Notes under the pieces: model-generated
Databases searched by the model: none
Told to the model about the DNA's origin: nothing
What the model saw: the letters and a program-made list of their open reading frames with translations, nothing else
NCBI RefSeq assembly: GCF_006345805.1
Contig: NC_043009.1
Coordinates: 38,502,001 to 38,566,000 of the forward strand
DNA from: Octopus sinensis
Lineage: Eukaryota
Length of the DNA: 64,000 nucleotides
Direction: 5' to 3'
Translations under genes and position numbers: made by a program
Part shown: in pieces, positions 21,831 to 34,988 of the stretch
How the letters are laid out: each line of letters opens with the position of its first letter
How positions within the stretch are numbered: position 1 is the stretch's first letter

Positions 21831-22164
21831 TCAACTCTCCCCCCTCTCATCTAACCCCCCTATCCCCCTCCTCACCTATCCTTCCCCCGACCCCTACTCT
21901 TCAGTCTTCATCCTTTCACCCCTACTCCCCCTTCCCTCTTCCACTTTCTCCTCTCTCCCTTCCTCTTCCACTGCCCTCTGCTCCCTCACTCCCCTCTCTC
22001 TCCCCTCCTCCTCTTCCTCCTTCCTCCCTCCTCCCCTTCCTTCTCCCCTCTCCCTCTCCCCCTCTCCTCCCCTCTCTTCCCCTCCCCTTCTCCCCCTCTT
22101 CCACCCTCCCCCTCTTCTCCTCACTACACCACAGACTTTACACATCACATCATATGATGTGCCA

Positions 22165-22505
22165 TACTAATACATACACCAACTAATACATACTAATACG
22201 TACTAATACATACTATAATACATACTAATACTACACCAACCCTATACATACACACGTCCAGACCCCATACGCACTTATACTCTCTCACACCACACACACA
22301 CACTTATACATACTATACGTACTAATACATACTAATACATACTAATACATACACCAACCCCATACATACACATGTCCAGACCTATCCTACGCACTAATAC
22401 TCTCTCATACACACACACACACACACACACACCCCTTATACATACTAATACATACTATACATACACCCAACCCTACACATACACACGTCAGACCCTCCTA
22501 CGCAC
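22165..22505. repeat. ~118-bp tandem repeat, 3 copies, in the Penelope 3' region
   Basis: ACACC(C)AACCC(T/C)A(T/C)ACATACACA(C/T)GTC(C)AGACC recurs near 22233, 22351, 22465, embedded in CATACTAATA motifs. Confidence 0.75.
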
Positions 22506-22671
22506 ATAGGTGGTCATTCAACCCTATTATCAACCCTATTATCTCCCTTATTTCGCTCTCGCGTCTCATGTTTGATCTTTGACTTCTGGCCGAAATCAGA
22601 TCGCCATGTTGATTCGTTAGTACTGCACGCATTTTTTTCTCCCCTTCTTTGTGTTTTTTTCTCTCTGTGTA

Positions 22672-22709
22672 TCTTTCTGTTGAAGAGCGTAGGCTCGAAA
22701 CGTTAAAGA
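22672..22709 (+). ncRNA. Degenerate minimal hammerhead-like motif at the Penelope 3' end
   Basis: TCTTT-CTGTTGA-A-GAGC-GTAG-GCTC-GAAA-CGT-T-AAAGA; stems I and II pair, but core A6 is T. Confidence 0.55.
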
Positions 22710-22807
22710 CTTGTTTTTTATATTCCTGAGCGCCATACTAATACAATTGTTTGTTTGTTTCCACCTGCCTTCGTCTTTGTCTATTTTCATAAAGCTTCCC
22801 GTTATAT

Positions 22808-22855
<48 letters not shown>

Positions 22856-23818
22856 TTATGTGTGGGTTGTCTGTGTGTATCGTGTTTAACCCCCACCCTT
22901 CCCCGCCATCCCTTGACACCGAGACTGGTGTGTTTATGACCCTTTAATTTAGCTGTTCGGCAAACTAACAACATCAATGATACGGAGGGTCTGCAAAGAT
23001 TTGTGCTCTAGCCCTTCATCCAAGCTCAGCAAATTAAAATTAAAAATAGCAGCTATCGTATTCTTCGAGAAATATTTCATTTGCAGTTGAAACTATGACT
23101 TAAATAAGCCATAAGTAAGAAACAGCAGTTGTTGCACGATGTAGAGAGATAAAAGCAGCCACAAGTCATATGGGTCTTCATACAGAGAAATCAGCAGTGG
23201 TTTCTTTTTTTAGCCTCCAGCATAAAATCTCTCAACTTATGTAGGATACCAATGACAGACTGAAGCAGACAAATAACATTTATTTCTATTACTAACCTCG
23301 ATTTTCTCATTGAATACTACTAAGGTAGCAGACTGATTATAGCAATCTGATTAACAGTTACCTTTATTTTTAGTCCATTTCGTTCCATATTAATGGAGGA
23401 TGCAGTGAACTTTAAGTATTAAAAATTAGTACGATTACATGATAAAATTTCTGCGTATAAATTATGTTAATGACCTTCTACTACATATTTGCAGTGAAGT
23501 CAGCTATGACGACGATGACGTTTTCGAAAGGAAGCTAAATTTCGGATATAATTTAAAATTGCCTGCCAGATGAAATGTATTCGAATAATCTAATGGATGA
23601 TCTGGAACGCTGATAGAAGCATGGTAGGGTGCCATTTGCTGGTACTAGAAAACAATTAGAACTTTAGAGGAAATTAAAATTAAATAAGAGAGCGCAACAC
23701 ACACACATATGCCTATAAGTATACGCCTCTGTCTTACACTTATTCACTCTCTCTGTCTCTCTCTGCCTGTCTCTCTATACATATGCATGCGTACACACAT
23801 ATTGTATGTATATACATA

Positions 23819-23871
<53 letters not shown>

Positions 23872-23931
23872 ATATATGTATATATATATAATATATATAA
23901 TATATATAATATATTATTATATATATATATG

Positions 23932-23963
<32 letters not shown>

Positions 23964-25002
23964 ATATATATATAATTTATAATATATATATGTAACACAC
24001 ACAAACATTCATAATGCAAATACATATATGTGTGTATATATACATGTAACTACACACACACACACATATATATATATATACATACATGTATAGATGAATT
24101 AGTTAAGTCACCATGTTATTTAAGACAAATTTGAGAAGTCCACGTTGACAATAGACTAAGGGTCTAGAAATTAGAAGCCAATTAACGAAGAATTTCTGAA
24201 CTCACCATTGACAACACGAGCTAATTTATTCTATATTAAATCTCCCTCTAGAATTATTTTTGGTACCATACAGCTTCTGTGTCATTAGAGTCAGACGTAC
24301 TGTCGTATTATTACTTGGAACATAGTAACGTATCAAATTTCATAATGAAGGAATTAATAAGGATAAAAATATAATTGTTCTTTAGTATAATGGGTTATTT
24401 AGTAAAAATTTGTCCAAATTCTCCTACTACAACACTGACAAATTTTACAACACTTTACACCGTATTCCTAAACTATATGCCATCGTGATTTAGGGATTTA
24501 TCTACAAGTGTTTATCTCCCCTGCGATATCCTACCACGTGTTCATATAACAGAAACCTCTCTACTCTAACTCTCATTCTTTTAGAAACTAAAGACAAACG
24601 AATATGGCGTAATTTCTAATGAGAAAAATAGCAACAGACATCAGACCATCAACACTATTAACACTATTAACGTTTTATTTTTATCTTTTTCTAGTTTCAG
24701 TCAATGGACTGCGGCCATGCTGGGGCGTCGTCCTTGTATGGTTTTAATCGAAAAAATCGATCTCAGCGCTTATCTTTTTTATCGGTTTCTATTGCCTAAA
24801 CGCTCGATTACGGAAAGTAAAGAAAACAATACCCATTGTAAAGCGGTGCAGGTGAGTAGAGAAACACAGACACGAAGACACAAAGATATAAGCCCGTACA
24901 TACATACATAAATAGTAGTACTCTACAAAAGTATAGAGTAGCCCATCAAATTAATGCTAATGCAAGATTGCTTTTATTATAACTGAACATAGAAAGAAGC
25001 AG

Positions 25003-25038
<36 letters not shown>

Positions 25039-25186
25039 GCTCAGGAGGGGTTGTGTTGTAAGTAGCTTGCTTACCAGCCACATGGTTCCTGGTTCAGTAC
25101 CACTGCAAGCGACTTCTACTATAGCCTCGGGCCGACCAGAAGCTTTGTGAGTGGATTTAGCAGATGGAAACTGAAAGAAGCCCGTC

Positions 25187-25222
<36 letters not shown>

Positions 25223-27741
25223 TGCTTCACAGTTTCCATCATCCAAATTCACTAACAAGGCATTGGTCGTTCCAGAGTTATTGTAGATGAGACATGTCCA
25301 AGGTATCGTGCAATGGTACTGAACCGGAAACAGCGTGGTTGTAAAGCGGGCTTCTCAACTACGCAGCCATACCTGCACCTCAAGACGAAAGATTTCTGTT
25401 CAGCGAAATGTCAATATCTTTTAACAAAGACACGTTGGATAGCGCATTTCAAGACAAACTTTGTCTGCAAACTAGACGGGATAGTTACGGTAGAAACGCT
25501 TTTGATGTTTGGACCTTCCCAATTAGCGCTGGTACGGAGCTAAATAATAACAACAACTACAAAAACAATACCGACAGTCTGCCAGTTTTCATACTTAAAA
25601 GCAGCGCCTGTTGGCAATAACAATCTGCTACAAATAGAATAAATTAAGTAGTTAATAATGAAATACCGGAATACGTTGTCTCATTATAAACACTCGAAGT
25701 AGAGAAATGTTTTTGCGACAGTATTAAACTACATCACAATCTATTACTGTATTATATTATATAATATATTACATTACTTCGTTACATTATATAATACAGC
25801 CTTACATTACTGTATTATATTGTATAACATAGTGTATTACTGTATTACATTATATAATTCAGCTTTATATTGTATAGCACAGTGGTATATTGTGTATCAT
25901 TGTTGTATAAATAAAAATATAATTATAGGATATCTGAAATCTGTTACATCTCAATTTTCCAGTTATCTCTGTTTGAATATAATCTGGTTAACAATAAATA
26001 CTGAACAACAATAACTGTAGCAGCGACAACAATAACAAGAACAATAATTGCAACAACAACAATAAAATCTGCAATAATGACGGTAGCTGCAACAATAACA
26101 ACAACAATAGCTGCAACAAGGATAATAATTGCAATAACAACAAAATCAACAATAATAACGACTGCAACAACAAGACGAAGAAACAACTGGAAGCTCAAAC
26201 ATTCTGGCTGTGTTACAAGTTCGTTGTGAAACGAAGCATTTAATTTTATGAAAGAAACAATCGAAGCAGTTTTTAAGAAGGAATGTTTGAGATGGCGGAA
26301 TATTGGTATAATTGGTGGTGGTGTTGAGGCAGAAAAATACTATTTCAATGGAAGTAACAACACATTGAAACACCACATAAGACACTGCAACCAATATACT
26401 TCATCTACATTTATTATTCCATCACATAACAGTAACAACGGTGACAAACAAGAGCAATAACAACATGTCGGACAACGATGACAAACAGCTTCCCGTTCTT
26501 TCCATGCATCTGCGTCCATTTTGGTCTAAATTAGCTCATTCTGAAATAGGCGGAAATGGAAGGTTTAAAGCCAGTAGAGCGGTGGTGAGATAAACATCCC
26601 GTTTTAGACAATATGCATATAAATATATTTGATCATCCAATTTGATGGTTAATATTCAATTGCAAATGTTAAATGAAATGGCCCCAGAACCAGGAGTTAT
26701 TAACATTTTTGAAATGGTCCAAAGGTCAAGGGTCATTATCACCGATGATAAATTCATTTGTTACGTTATACTTTATTGGTCGTTTCTTAACTCTTTGCAT
26801 GTCCTGTGATATGCAGAACATATTTCCCTGGCGACCATGCATAATATATAATATTCACTTCTAATTTTTGCTAACCACTAGAGAAGCTTAAGAGATATGA
26901 AAAGAAGGCTGTATATTACTTAGAATATGTGAAACAAGGGCTTACTAAAAGTCTACAAACAAGCATGGACATCTGGGACTAACTTATGAAAATGCTTATG
27001 ACATAGCCAGATGGTTAACATTGTTAAACTTTGAAAACGAGTACGATCAATTATTAATATTTCAGTATATATATCACGGGTCCCAGAGGGATGAAAGGTA
27101 AAGACGACTTCGATGAGATACAAAATAAGAGTGTAACTAAATATTTAAATATCGCCATGAATTTAATCCTTAATCTGCCAATTCGGCGAATCCAACTGCC
27201 AGTACGTTTTTAATAAGGGTTTCTAATTTTGGCCCTAGTCCAGCAATATTGAAGGGAGGTTTGCTGCAGCCATTCAAACCCAGTACTTGACCAGTACAAT
27301 ATTTCAGGGATTTAGTAAGGATGGGAGTTAAAGGTAATTTGAGCAGGATTGAACTCAGAACGTAGAGAGCAGAAACAAATACCACGAATTATTTTCTTCA
27401 AAATTCAAATGATTCGCGACTTTAGTAAGTCTTTAATAATTCTTTCTGATTTTGGCACTAGGTCAACAATTTTGAGTAGATGGCGATGTCGATTATATAT
27501 TTTCTCGACTCCTACTCAATGCTCAACTTTATTGATCCCAAAAGAATGCAAGGGGAAGTTGATCTCGATGGAATTTGAACTCAGAACTTAAGAAGTCGGA
27601 AGAAATGCTGCAAAGCGTATTGTCCGACTAGCTAATGATTTTCCCTGTTCATCGCTTCATGTCTTTGATAATCATTTCTACTGTTGGCACAAGGTCTGAA
27701 ATTTCGAGGAAGGGACTAGTCTATTCCATTAACCCCATTAC

Positions 27742-27965
27742 CTATTTCTTTACTACCCACAAGGGGCTAAACACAGAGAGGACAAACAAGGACAGACAGA
27801 TAAACGGATTAAGTCGATTATATCGACCCCAGTGCGAATCTGATACTTATTTTATCGACCCATTGGATGAAAGGCGAAGTCGACCTCGGCGGAATTTGAA
27901 TTCAGAATGAAAAGACAGACGAGATGCTGCTAAGGATTTTCTTCGGCACGCTAACGATTCTCCCA
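27742..27965 (-). mobile_element. SINE of the 4589-5148 family (single unit)
   Basis: TATTTCTTTACTACCCACAAGGGGCTAAACACAGAGAGGAC... through the head-like GCTAAGGATTTTCTTCGGCACGCTAACG. Confidence 0.8.
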
Positions 27966-28310
27966 ACTAAACGCCTTAATAAAACTATAATTATGAAATA
28001 ATGTAGATGCTGCTGCTGCTGCTGATATGATGATGATAACGTCGGCGACGACAGCGACGACGAAGCTGTTATATTCTGCAGTACAAAAGTATTTTACAAA
28101 CTTGTTCACTTTAAGGTATATCAATTGTTTAAATACAAATTTACTGATAGCAGCTCTGTAATTATTATTCCGAAAGTAAAAATTACAAAACGCCCATCAA
28201 TGATCGAAACTAGCCAGTTTTTGAGATAAAATTATATAGAGAAATGAGGTATTATATATGCATAAATGCATATACACCTAAGTGTGTGTGTGTCATTTAT
28301 ATATATATAT

Positions 28311-28487
28311 GGCGCAGGAGTGGCTGTGCGGTAAGTAGCTTGCTAACCAACCACATGGTTCCGGGTTCAGTCCCACTGCATGGCATCTTGGGCAAGTGTC
28401 TTCTGCTATAGCCCCGGGCCGACCAAAGCCATGTGAGTGGATTTGGTAGACGGAAACTGAAAGAAGCCTGTCGTATATATGTATATG

Positions 28488-28521
<34 letters not shown>

Positions 28522-28740
28522 ATGTATTTGTGTGTCTGTGTTTGTCTCCCTAGCATTGCTTGACAACCGATGCTGGTGTGTTTACGTCCCCGTCACTTAG
28601 CGGTTCGGCAAAAGGGACCGATAGAATAAGTACTGGGCTTACAAAGAATAAGTCTCGGGGTCGATTTGCTCGACAAAAGGCGGTGCTCCAGCATGGCCGT
28701 AGTCAAATGACTGAAACAAGTAAAAGAGTAAAAGAGTATA
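28311..28740 (+). mobile_element. Central-(TA)n SINE, full length
   Basis: GGCGCAGGAGTGGCTGTGCGGTAAGTAGC head to ..GAAACAAGTAAAAGAGTAAAAGAG tail. Confidence 0.85.
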
Positions 28741-29053
28741 TATATTTATATATATATGGGTGTGTGTGTGTGTGGTGTGGTGTATTCAAATATATATGTA
28801 TATATATATTTATAATGTATGTATGTATGTATGTATGTATGTATGTATGTATGTATGTATGTATGTGTGAGGTACCTATGAGGTGAAGTACAGGTACTCA
28901 GCCCTGAGTGCATTCGACCTTAAATCGAAAACTGGTGTAAGTCGGTTACGCAATTTCTGTTCCTTTGTCAGCATATTTAATTGCATATTACGGTCTGTAC
29001 TTGCCTTACGCTATATTTTGAAGATTATATAAAATGTGCATGTGTATATATGC

Positions 29054-29089
<36 letters not shown>

Positions 29090-29282
29090 CAACCACAGCC
29101 ACACACACACACACACACCACACACACACACACCCACCATACATATATATCAAGGATAAATGTATGTATGATTTTATGATAGCCAGCATGTAATAAAACA
29201 TACAGGTAAGAAGTAATACAAAAAATAATTGCATAAATATAATTATAGTGAGAGTCTAATATTATATATATAATATATATAT

Positions 29283-29314
<32 letters not shown>

Positions 29315-29634
29315 ATATATATAGCATTTATATTATATATATAGTTTGTGTGTTTAGATGTATAAATATATGTATGCATACGTATGCTATATGAATAAGC
29401 TATAAACTGTGTCAAGACCTATGCCAGGTAATGTAAGATCCCCTAAATATCAATGAGTACAATTAAGGATGGCATCAGTAAGTCGAACAACGTAAATATT
29501 ACATCAAAGAGGATAATGAAGAAACAAATACATAAATATCACAATAGCAACAATTTTATCTGAATATACAATGACATCCCATCATCATCCACTTTACTGG
29601 AAATCGCTATGGTTTCGGTACACACGCACACACA

Positions 29635-29682
<48 letters not shown>

Positions 29683-29937
29683 ATATATATATTATATATA
29701 TATATATATAGTATGCACATATGTATGTACGGGTTTGCATGTATCACGGTGTGTACGTATATATGTATGTGTGTTTGTAAATATATATATGTATATATAT
29801 ATATATACAATTATATATATATATATTATATATACATATATATTTAGATTTATATATCCAGCTATATATATACATACGCAATCATATATTGTATAAGTAG
29901 ATTAATACATGTATGTTTATGTATGTATGTATGTATG

Positions 29938-30005
<68 letters not shown>

Positions 30006-30356
30006 TATATATGTGTGTGTGTACACATACTTATATATACGCCCATAGACCGCTGATGTATAATGCCCATACATATTTATAATGAGGAAGAAGCCTGCAT
30101 ACCAATATTCATGTGTGTGTGTGTGTGTGTGTGTATCTTCATCCAAAATTCAGCATCCGTAGAGTCGTTGAGCTCCCTGGACTGTATTGATTTCTACTCT
30201 TACTTCTCAAGTGAATTAGTAGATAAGAACGTACAATTCTGAGGACGAATCACAAACGGCATAATGAAACATGATACAAAGGAATTTACATACGTACATC
30301 ATACATACACACGTACACTAACACAAATATATGTAGATAGAGAAAGAGGAATATAG

Positions 30357-30403
<47 letters not shown>

Positions 30404-30761
30404 AGATAGATAGATGGATAGATACAGATTGGGTGAAAGAGAAAGAGGGAGCGACCGAAGGATGGAAATAGTGATGGCGGTGGGTATCCTCAATCACGCA
30501 CTTAAGGCCAGACACTCATACACATACACACATACCTGCTTACACGCAAATGGCATCTGCTTTCCTAATAAAGCTTTGTTAAGTACACTCCATCTGCAAT
30601 GAATTTCTTCCGGTATTCAACAGTAATATTACAATTGTATCCTCAAACAATTCCAATTAGTCGACTAGTTGAAGAAGTACAATGCTCAAAAGCTTCCTTA
30701 AGGAGTAAACTCAGAAGATATACATGTGCGACTGCGATTAACTATACACACACACACACGT

Positions 30762-30801
<40 letters not shown>

Positions 30802-31135
30802 TCGCACGCACACACTCAATCACACTGACGCACACATATACACTCATACCGACACAAACATACTTATTATATTGACTCTAAGTTTTGATAAAGGAATGTA
30901 TTCGAGTATGGCTTCCAGTTTTTTTCCATAGTTTGAATAAGTTTTTGAAGCAATTTATTCAAAAGAATCTATTGTTTGTACATTATGAAAGACTGAATAG
31001 CGAATAAAAGCTAATGTATTTAAGTACATAGCCAAATAACCAGAGTGTTGCTCACTTTTGTTGCTCTATTTCTAAACAGCTGAACAGATACAACGTCAAA
31101 CGCCGTATTTGCAGTGTACTTAAAATTTTTTGAAT

Positions 31136-31555
31136 AGGCGTAGGAGTGGCTGTGTGGTAAGTAGCTTGCTAACCAGCCACATGGTTCCCGGTTCAGTCCC
31201 ACTGCGTGGCATCTTGGGCAAGTGTTTTCTGCTATAACCCCTGGCCGACCAATGCCTTGTGAGTGGATTTGGTAGACGGAAACTGAAAGAAGCCTGTCGT
31301 ATATATGTATGTATATATATGTATGTGTATGTATATGTTTGTGTGTCTGTGTTTGTCCCCCTAGCATTGCTTGACAACCGATGCTGGTGTGTTTACGTCC
31401 CCGATACTTAGCGGTTCGGCAAAAGAGACCGAATGAATAAGTACTGGGCTTACAAAGAATAAGTCCCGGGGTCGAGTTGCTCGACTAAAGGCTGTGCTCC
31501 AGCATGGCCGCAGTCAAATGACTGAAACAAGTAAAAGAGTAAAAGAGTAAAGAGT
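31136..31555 (+). mobile_element. Central-(TA)n SINE, full length
   Basis: Same head and tail as 28311-28740. Confidence 0.85.
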
Positions 31556-31636
31556 ACCAAAAAATTGCGTTGCGTCTGACGTGGCCATGTTAGCGATTGG
31601 AGATCGAGTGTCGTCGGCTGGTGAGCCGGACATGCA

Positions 31637-31860
31637 TACGATTGCGATGCTGAAAAGTTCTTGGTTTTAAGGGTATTGCGGAAGGCTTGGTTGGAGGCTC
31701 AAACTTCCGATTTCTTTTACAAGGCTCAGAAAAACAGAAGGATCACTGCAATAAGTGTTTGAATCTGAGAGGTGAATATCGTGAGTAAAATCATATTTAA
31801 TTGATCCTCCTGTATTTTCTTTTATCCCAAAGCCAGGAAATTTTTTATCACCCCGTTGTA
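31637..31860 (+). mobile_element. Mariner-derived MITE
   Basis: Imperfect TIRs GCTGAAAAGTTCTTGGTTTT / AAAGCCAGGAAATTTTTTATCAC with TA ends; internal remnant of the transposase stop region (..DHCNKCLNLRGEY). Confidence 0.65.
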
Positions 31861-33589
31861 AGTCCTCTTGGCCCAAATAATATCAATATTACATTTTACT
31901 CATTTTACTAATTTTCTTGGCTTGAATGAAGAACACTAGAAATGTTGGTAGGTAATTCATTGACAAAGAACAACTAAGTAATGTGTAGATAAGCAGTGAA
32001 CGTAGCTACAGTTTTGCGCTTAAGGACTTCGCAATAAAACTGTGAGTTATGTATTTCTTGATGCAATCACTATTAATATCGAGTTGAAAATAACAAATAT
32101 GTTTCAGTGATATCTAAAAAAGTTTAATACTTTTGGTTTAGAAATATATTTATGATATCATAATTGCTGAACAAGAGCGTCTTTGGTTGCTGGTATCCGG
32201 CTGCCCAATAACTGGTTTATTGTATTTCTGACGGTGCCATTGCTAATGGGAGCGTGTGTACTTCGGTGCAGAGCAAATAACACCAAGGAACGTCATTCAG
32301 AAAGCAACGACTTTGCGGGTTTCTAGCTGTTTACATTAGACAACACATACACACACACATACACACACACACACACACACACGCACACACACGCACACAC
32401 CACACACACACACACACACACGCAACGCACACACACACAGACGTGTGCGTACGCATACATATACCTGCAGATAAACATACATACACACATAACGAGTTTC
32501 CGCACCGTTTCTGTGACAAAATTTCATTTATCTAGTATTTATGTTTTAACTACACTTTCCTAATGTGCCACGCGGTGGGATCGAGCGTGGCAACATGTGG
32601 TTGCAAATCTATATCCTTTACCACACACCCATGCCTGTTTAGTGTTAACTTAGTATCTCTGTCTTTTTTCTCTCCCCTAATCCTTTATTTGTTTCAGACA
32701 TTGGACTTCGGCCAGGCAACGGGGTATGGCCTTGGAAGGCTTAGTCTACTAATTTGATCCCAGTACTTTGTTTTTATTTATTTCCTCATTTTTTTTTGCC
32801 GATCCGCTAGGTTGTAGGGCTATAAACAAGCCAGCACTAGCTGTCGAATGGGGATAAAAAAACAAACACACACACATTATATATGATGAGCTTTCACACA
32901 GTTTTCCACTTTATCAAAGTTCATTCTCTAGACATTGGTCGGTACTCGAGCTATTGTAGGAAACAATTGCCCAAGGTACCACGCAGTGGGACTGACCCGG
33001 AACACACGTTGTCACAGAGCAAACTTCTTAACCACAGGGTTGCATTTATCTGAGACGCTACTTTTAAAAGCTATCTCTTCAGTGAATGACTTAACAACAG
33101 ATACACTGCGGTGCTGCTCTCTTGTATTAACGTAAGAGAAAGCTAGTAAAATGTGATATCATAAATATTTAGTTGAAGTTATAAGGATAAAGAAAAGTAT
33201 TAGATATAAGAAATACTTGATAAAACAGTAGAGAAACATATTGAACTTTCACATAATTAGACTCGATAATATTTTGCATAAACAAAAGTACATTCAATGA
33301 CTCTAAAAGCAATAAAACCAATCTTAGTAAACATTATCAGATGGTCCTCATTATTTATTTTATCAATATATTAGCATCAGTAATTTTTTTAGTTTTTGAA
33401 AAAAAAAGAGCCTAATGATATTCTCATAATGCAGTTATTTTAGCTATAATCACCCATTTAAGTGCCAGCTTGCTCTCTGCTGATAAAAAAATATTTATTT
33501 GAACTTTGAACACAATTTTGTTGTGAGAGTTGCTTTCAGAAGAAAACTTGAAGGCGCCATAAATTATTGGTTATATGGATAGATAGGGA

Positions 33590-33812
33590 GGGAGTGAGTG
33601 ACAGAAAGGGAGAGAGAAAAAGAGAAAGAAAGAGAGGAAGAGAGGAAAAGAGAGATAGAGAGAAAGAGAGTGAAAGGTGCTGGCAGAGATTAAGTGAGGG
33701 AGAGAATGAGAATGGAGATATAAAGAGCAAAAGATGTATAGAACGAGAAATGTACAAGGAAAACACATGCATACTTGTATGTGTGTGTTTGTGTGTGTAT
33801 ATATATATATAT

Positions 33813-33848
<36 letters not shown>

Positions 33849-33960
33849 GGGAGAGAGGGTGGGAGAGAGAAAGAGTGCGTGAGAGGAGGAATAGAGAGGT
33901 GGAGATAAACGAATGAGAAAGAAAGAGAAAGAGAGAGAGAAAGAGAGTAGAGAGGCGGTA
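33590..33960. repeat. GA-rich low-complexity tract (representative of many microsatellites)
   Basis: (GA)n-rich tract; other examples: (TA)n 17610-17710, 34640-34990; (GATA)n 30355-30420; (AAC)n-like 26000-26170; (ATC)n/(GTC)n 51207-51290. Confidence 0.95.
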
Positions 33961-34673
33961 GTGACAAAGAAACAAGTGTATTATAGAAATTCGTGTAATT
34001 GAAATTATTGAAACAGTCACAGAAATTTTAAATAATTTTCCTCCTCCCCACAAAAAAAAAAAAATTTACTTGTCAGAATGTTTGAAGAAAATGTTTGATA
34101 ACTGTAAAGATATATTAGCATAAAATTATATTAAAAAACACAATATATAATTCAAGTCATTATTCAATCAGGTCGTATCATGCTTTTTCATCATTGCTAT
34201 GATTTAGTGATAAAATGTGAGAGAAAACAAAGCCGAGAAATGGAATGTTCACATCTGTTCGTTAATTTGAAAATGTCTTTAAATATTATAAATGTCGACA
34301 TTTCTTAACAATCTGCTTGTTAGTTAATGTAAATAGGAAGGAATTTAGACTGGAATGTCCATTCTTCTGTTTATGTTCCTTTGATGAACTCATTGGTATT
34401 TTAAGACATCCCTGTCAAGAGAGAAGGAGAGAGAAAGAGAGAAGGAGTGAGCGAGAGAGAGGGAGAGAGAGATAAAGATATATAGATAGATAGAAAGAGA
34501 GTGAGAAAGAGACGGATATAGGATCTGAATAGAAATTCCACGTGAATAGAGGCTAAATTGCCTATTTTTAAGCTCTCCGGAGGCAACTACATCAAAGTGG
34601 AGCCAGATTAATACGTTTGGCTATTTGCAGAGGATATACATACATATATATATCGTATATATATATAATATAT

Positions 34674-34705
<32 letters not shown>

Positions 34706-34745
34706 ATTGGTCTATATATATAAGTATGTGTATATATATATATAT

Positions 34746-34780
<35 letters not shown>

Positions 34781-34879
34781 CATGCATATTCGCACACATA
34801 TATATATACATATTTACATGTATATATAAATGTATATATATATATGTGTTATATATATAAATGTATATATATGTACGCG

Positions 34880-34935
<56 letters not shown>

Positions 34936-34938
34936 TAT

Positions 34939-34988
<50 letters not shown>

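Larger units (their letters stand above)
18709..22803 (+). mobile_element. Penelope-like retroelement (RT + GIY-YIG), near full length, frameshifted
   Basis: PLE motifs in order: PKGFRLHFH, GRGLRFIP, IIIKPADKGGAVVVW, TMDIQSLYT, AMGTRMGPNYANLF, RYIDDI, FLDISV, YKHTDSHSYL, CSRPRCRTC, IIYCVSC..YIGQTGRRLADRFAEH; ends at (TA)n. Confidence 0.9.
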
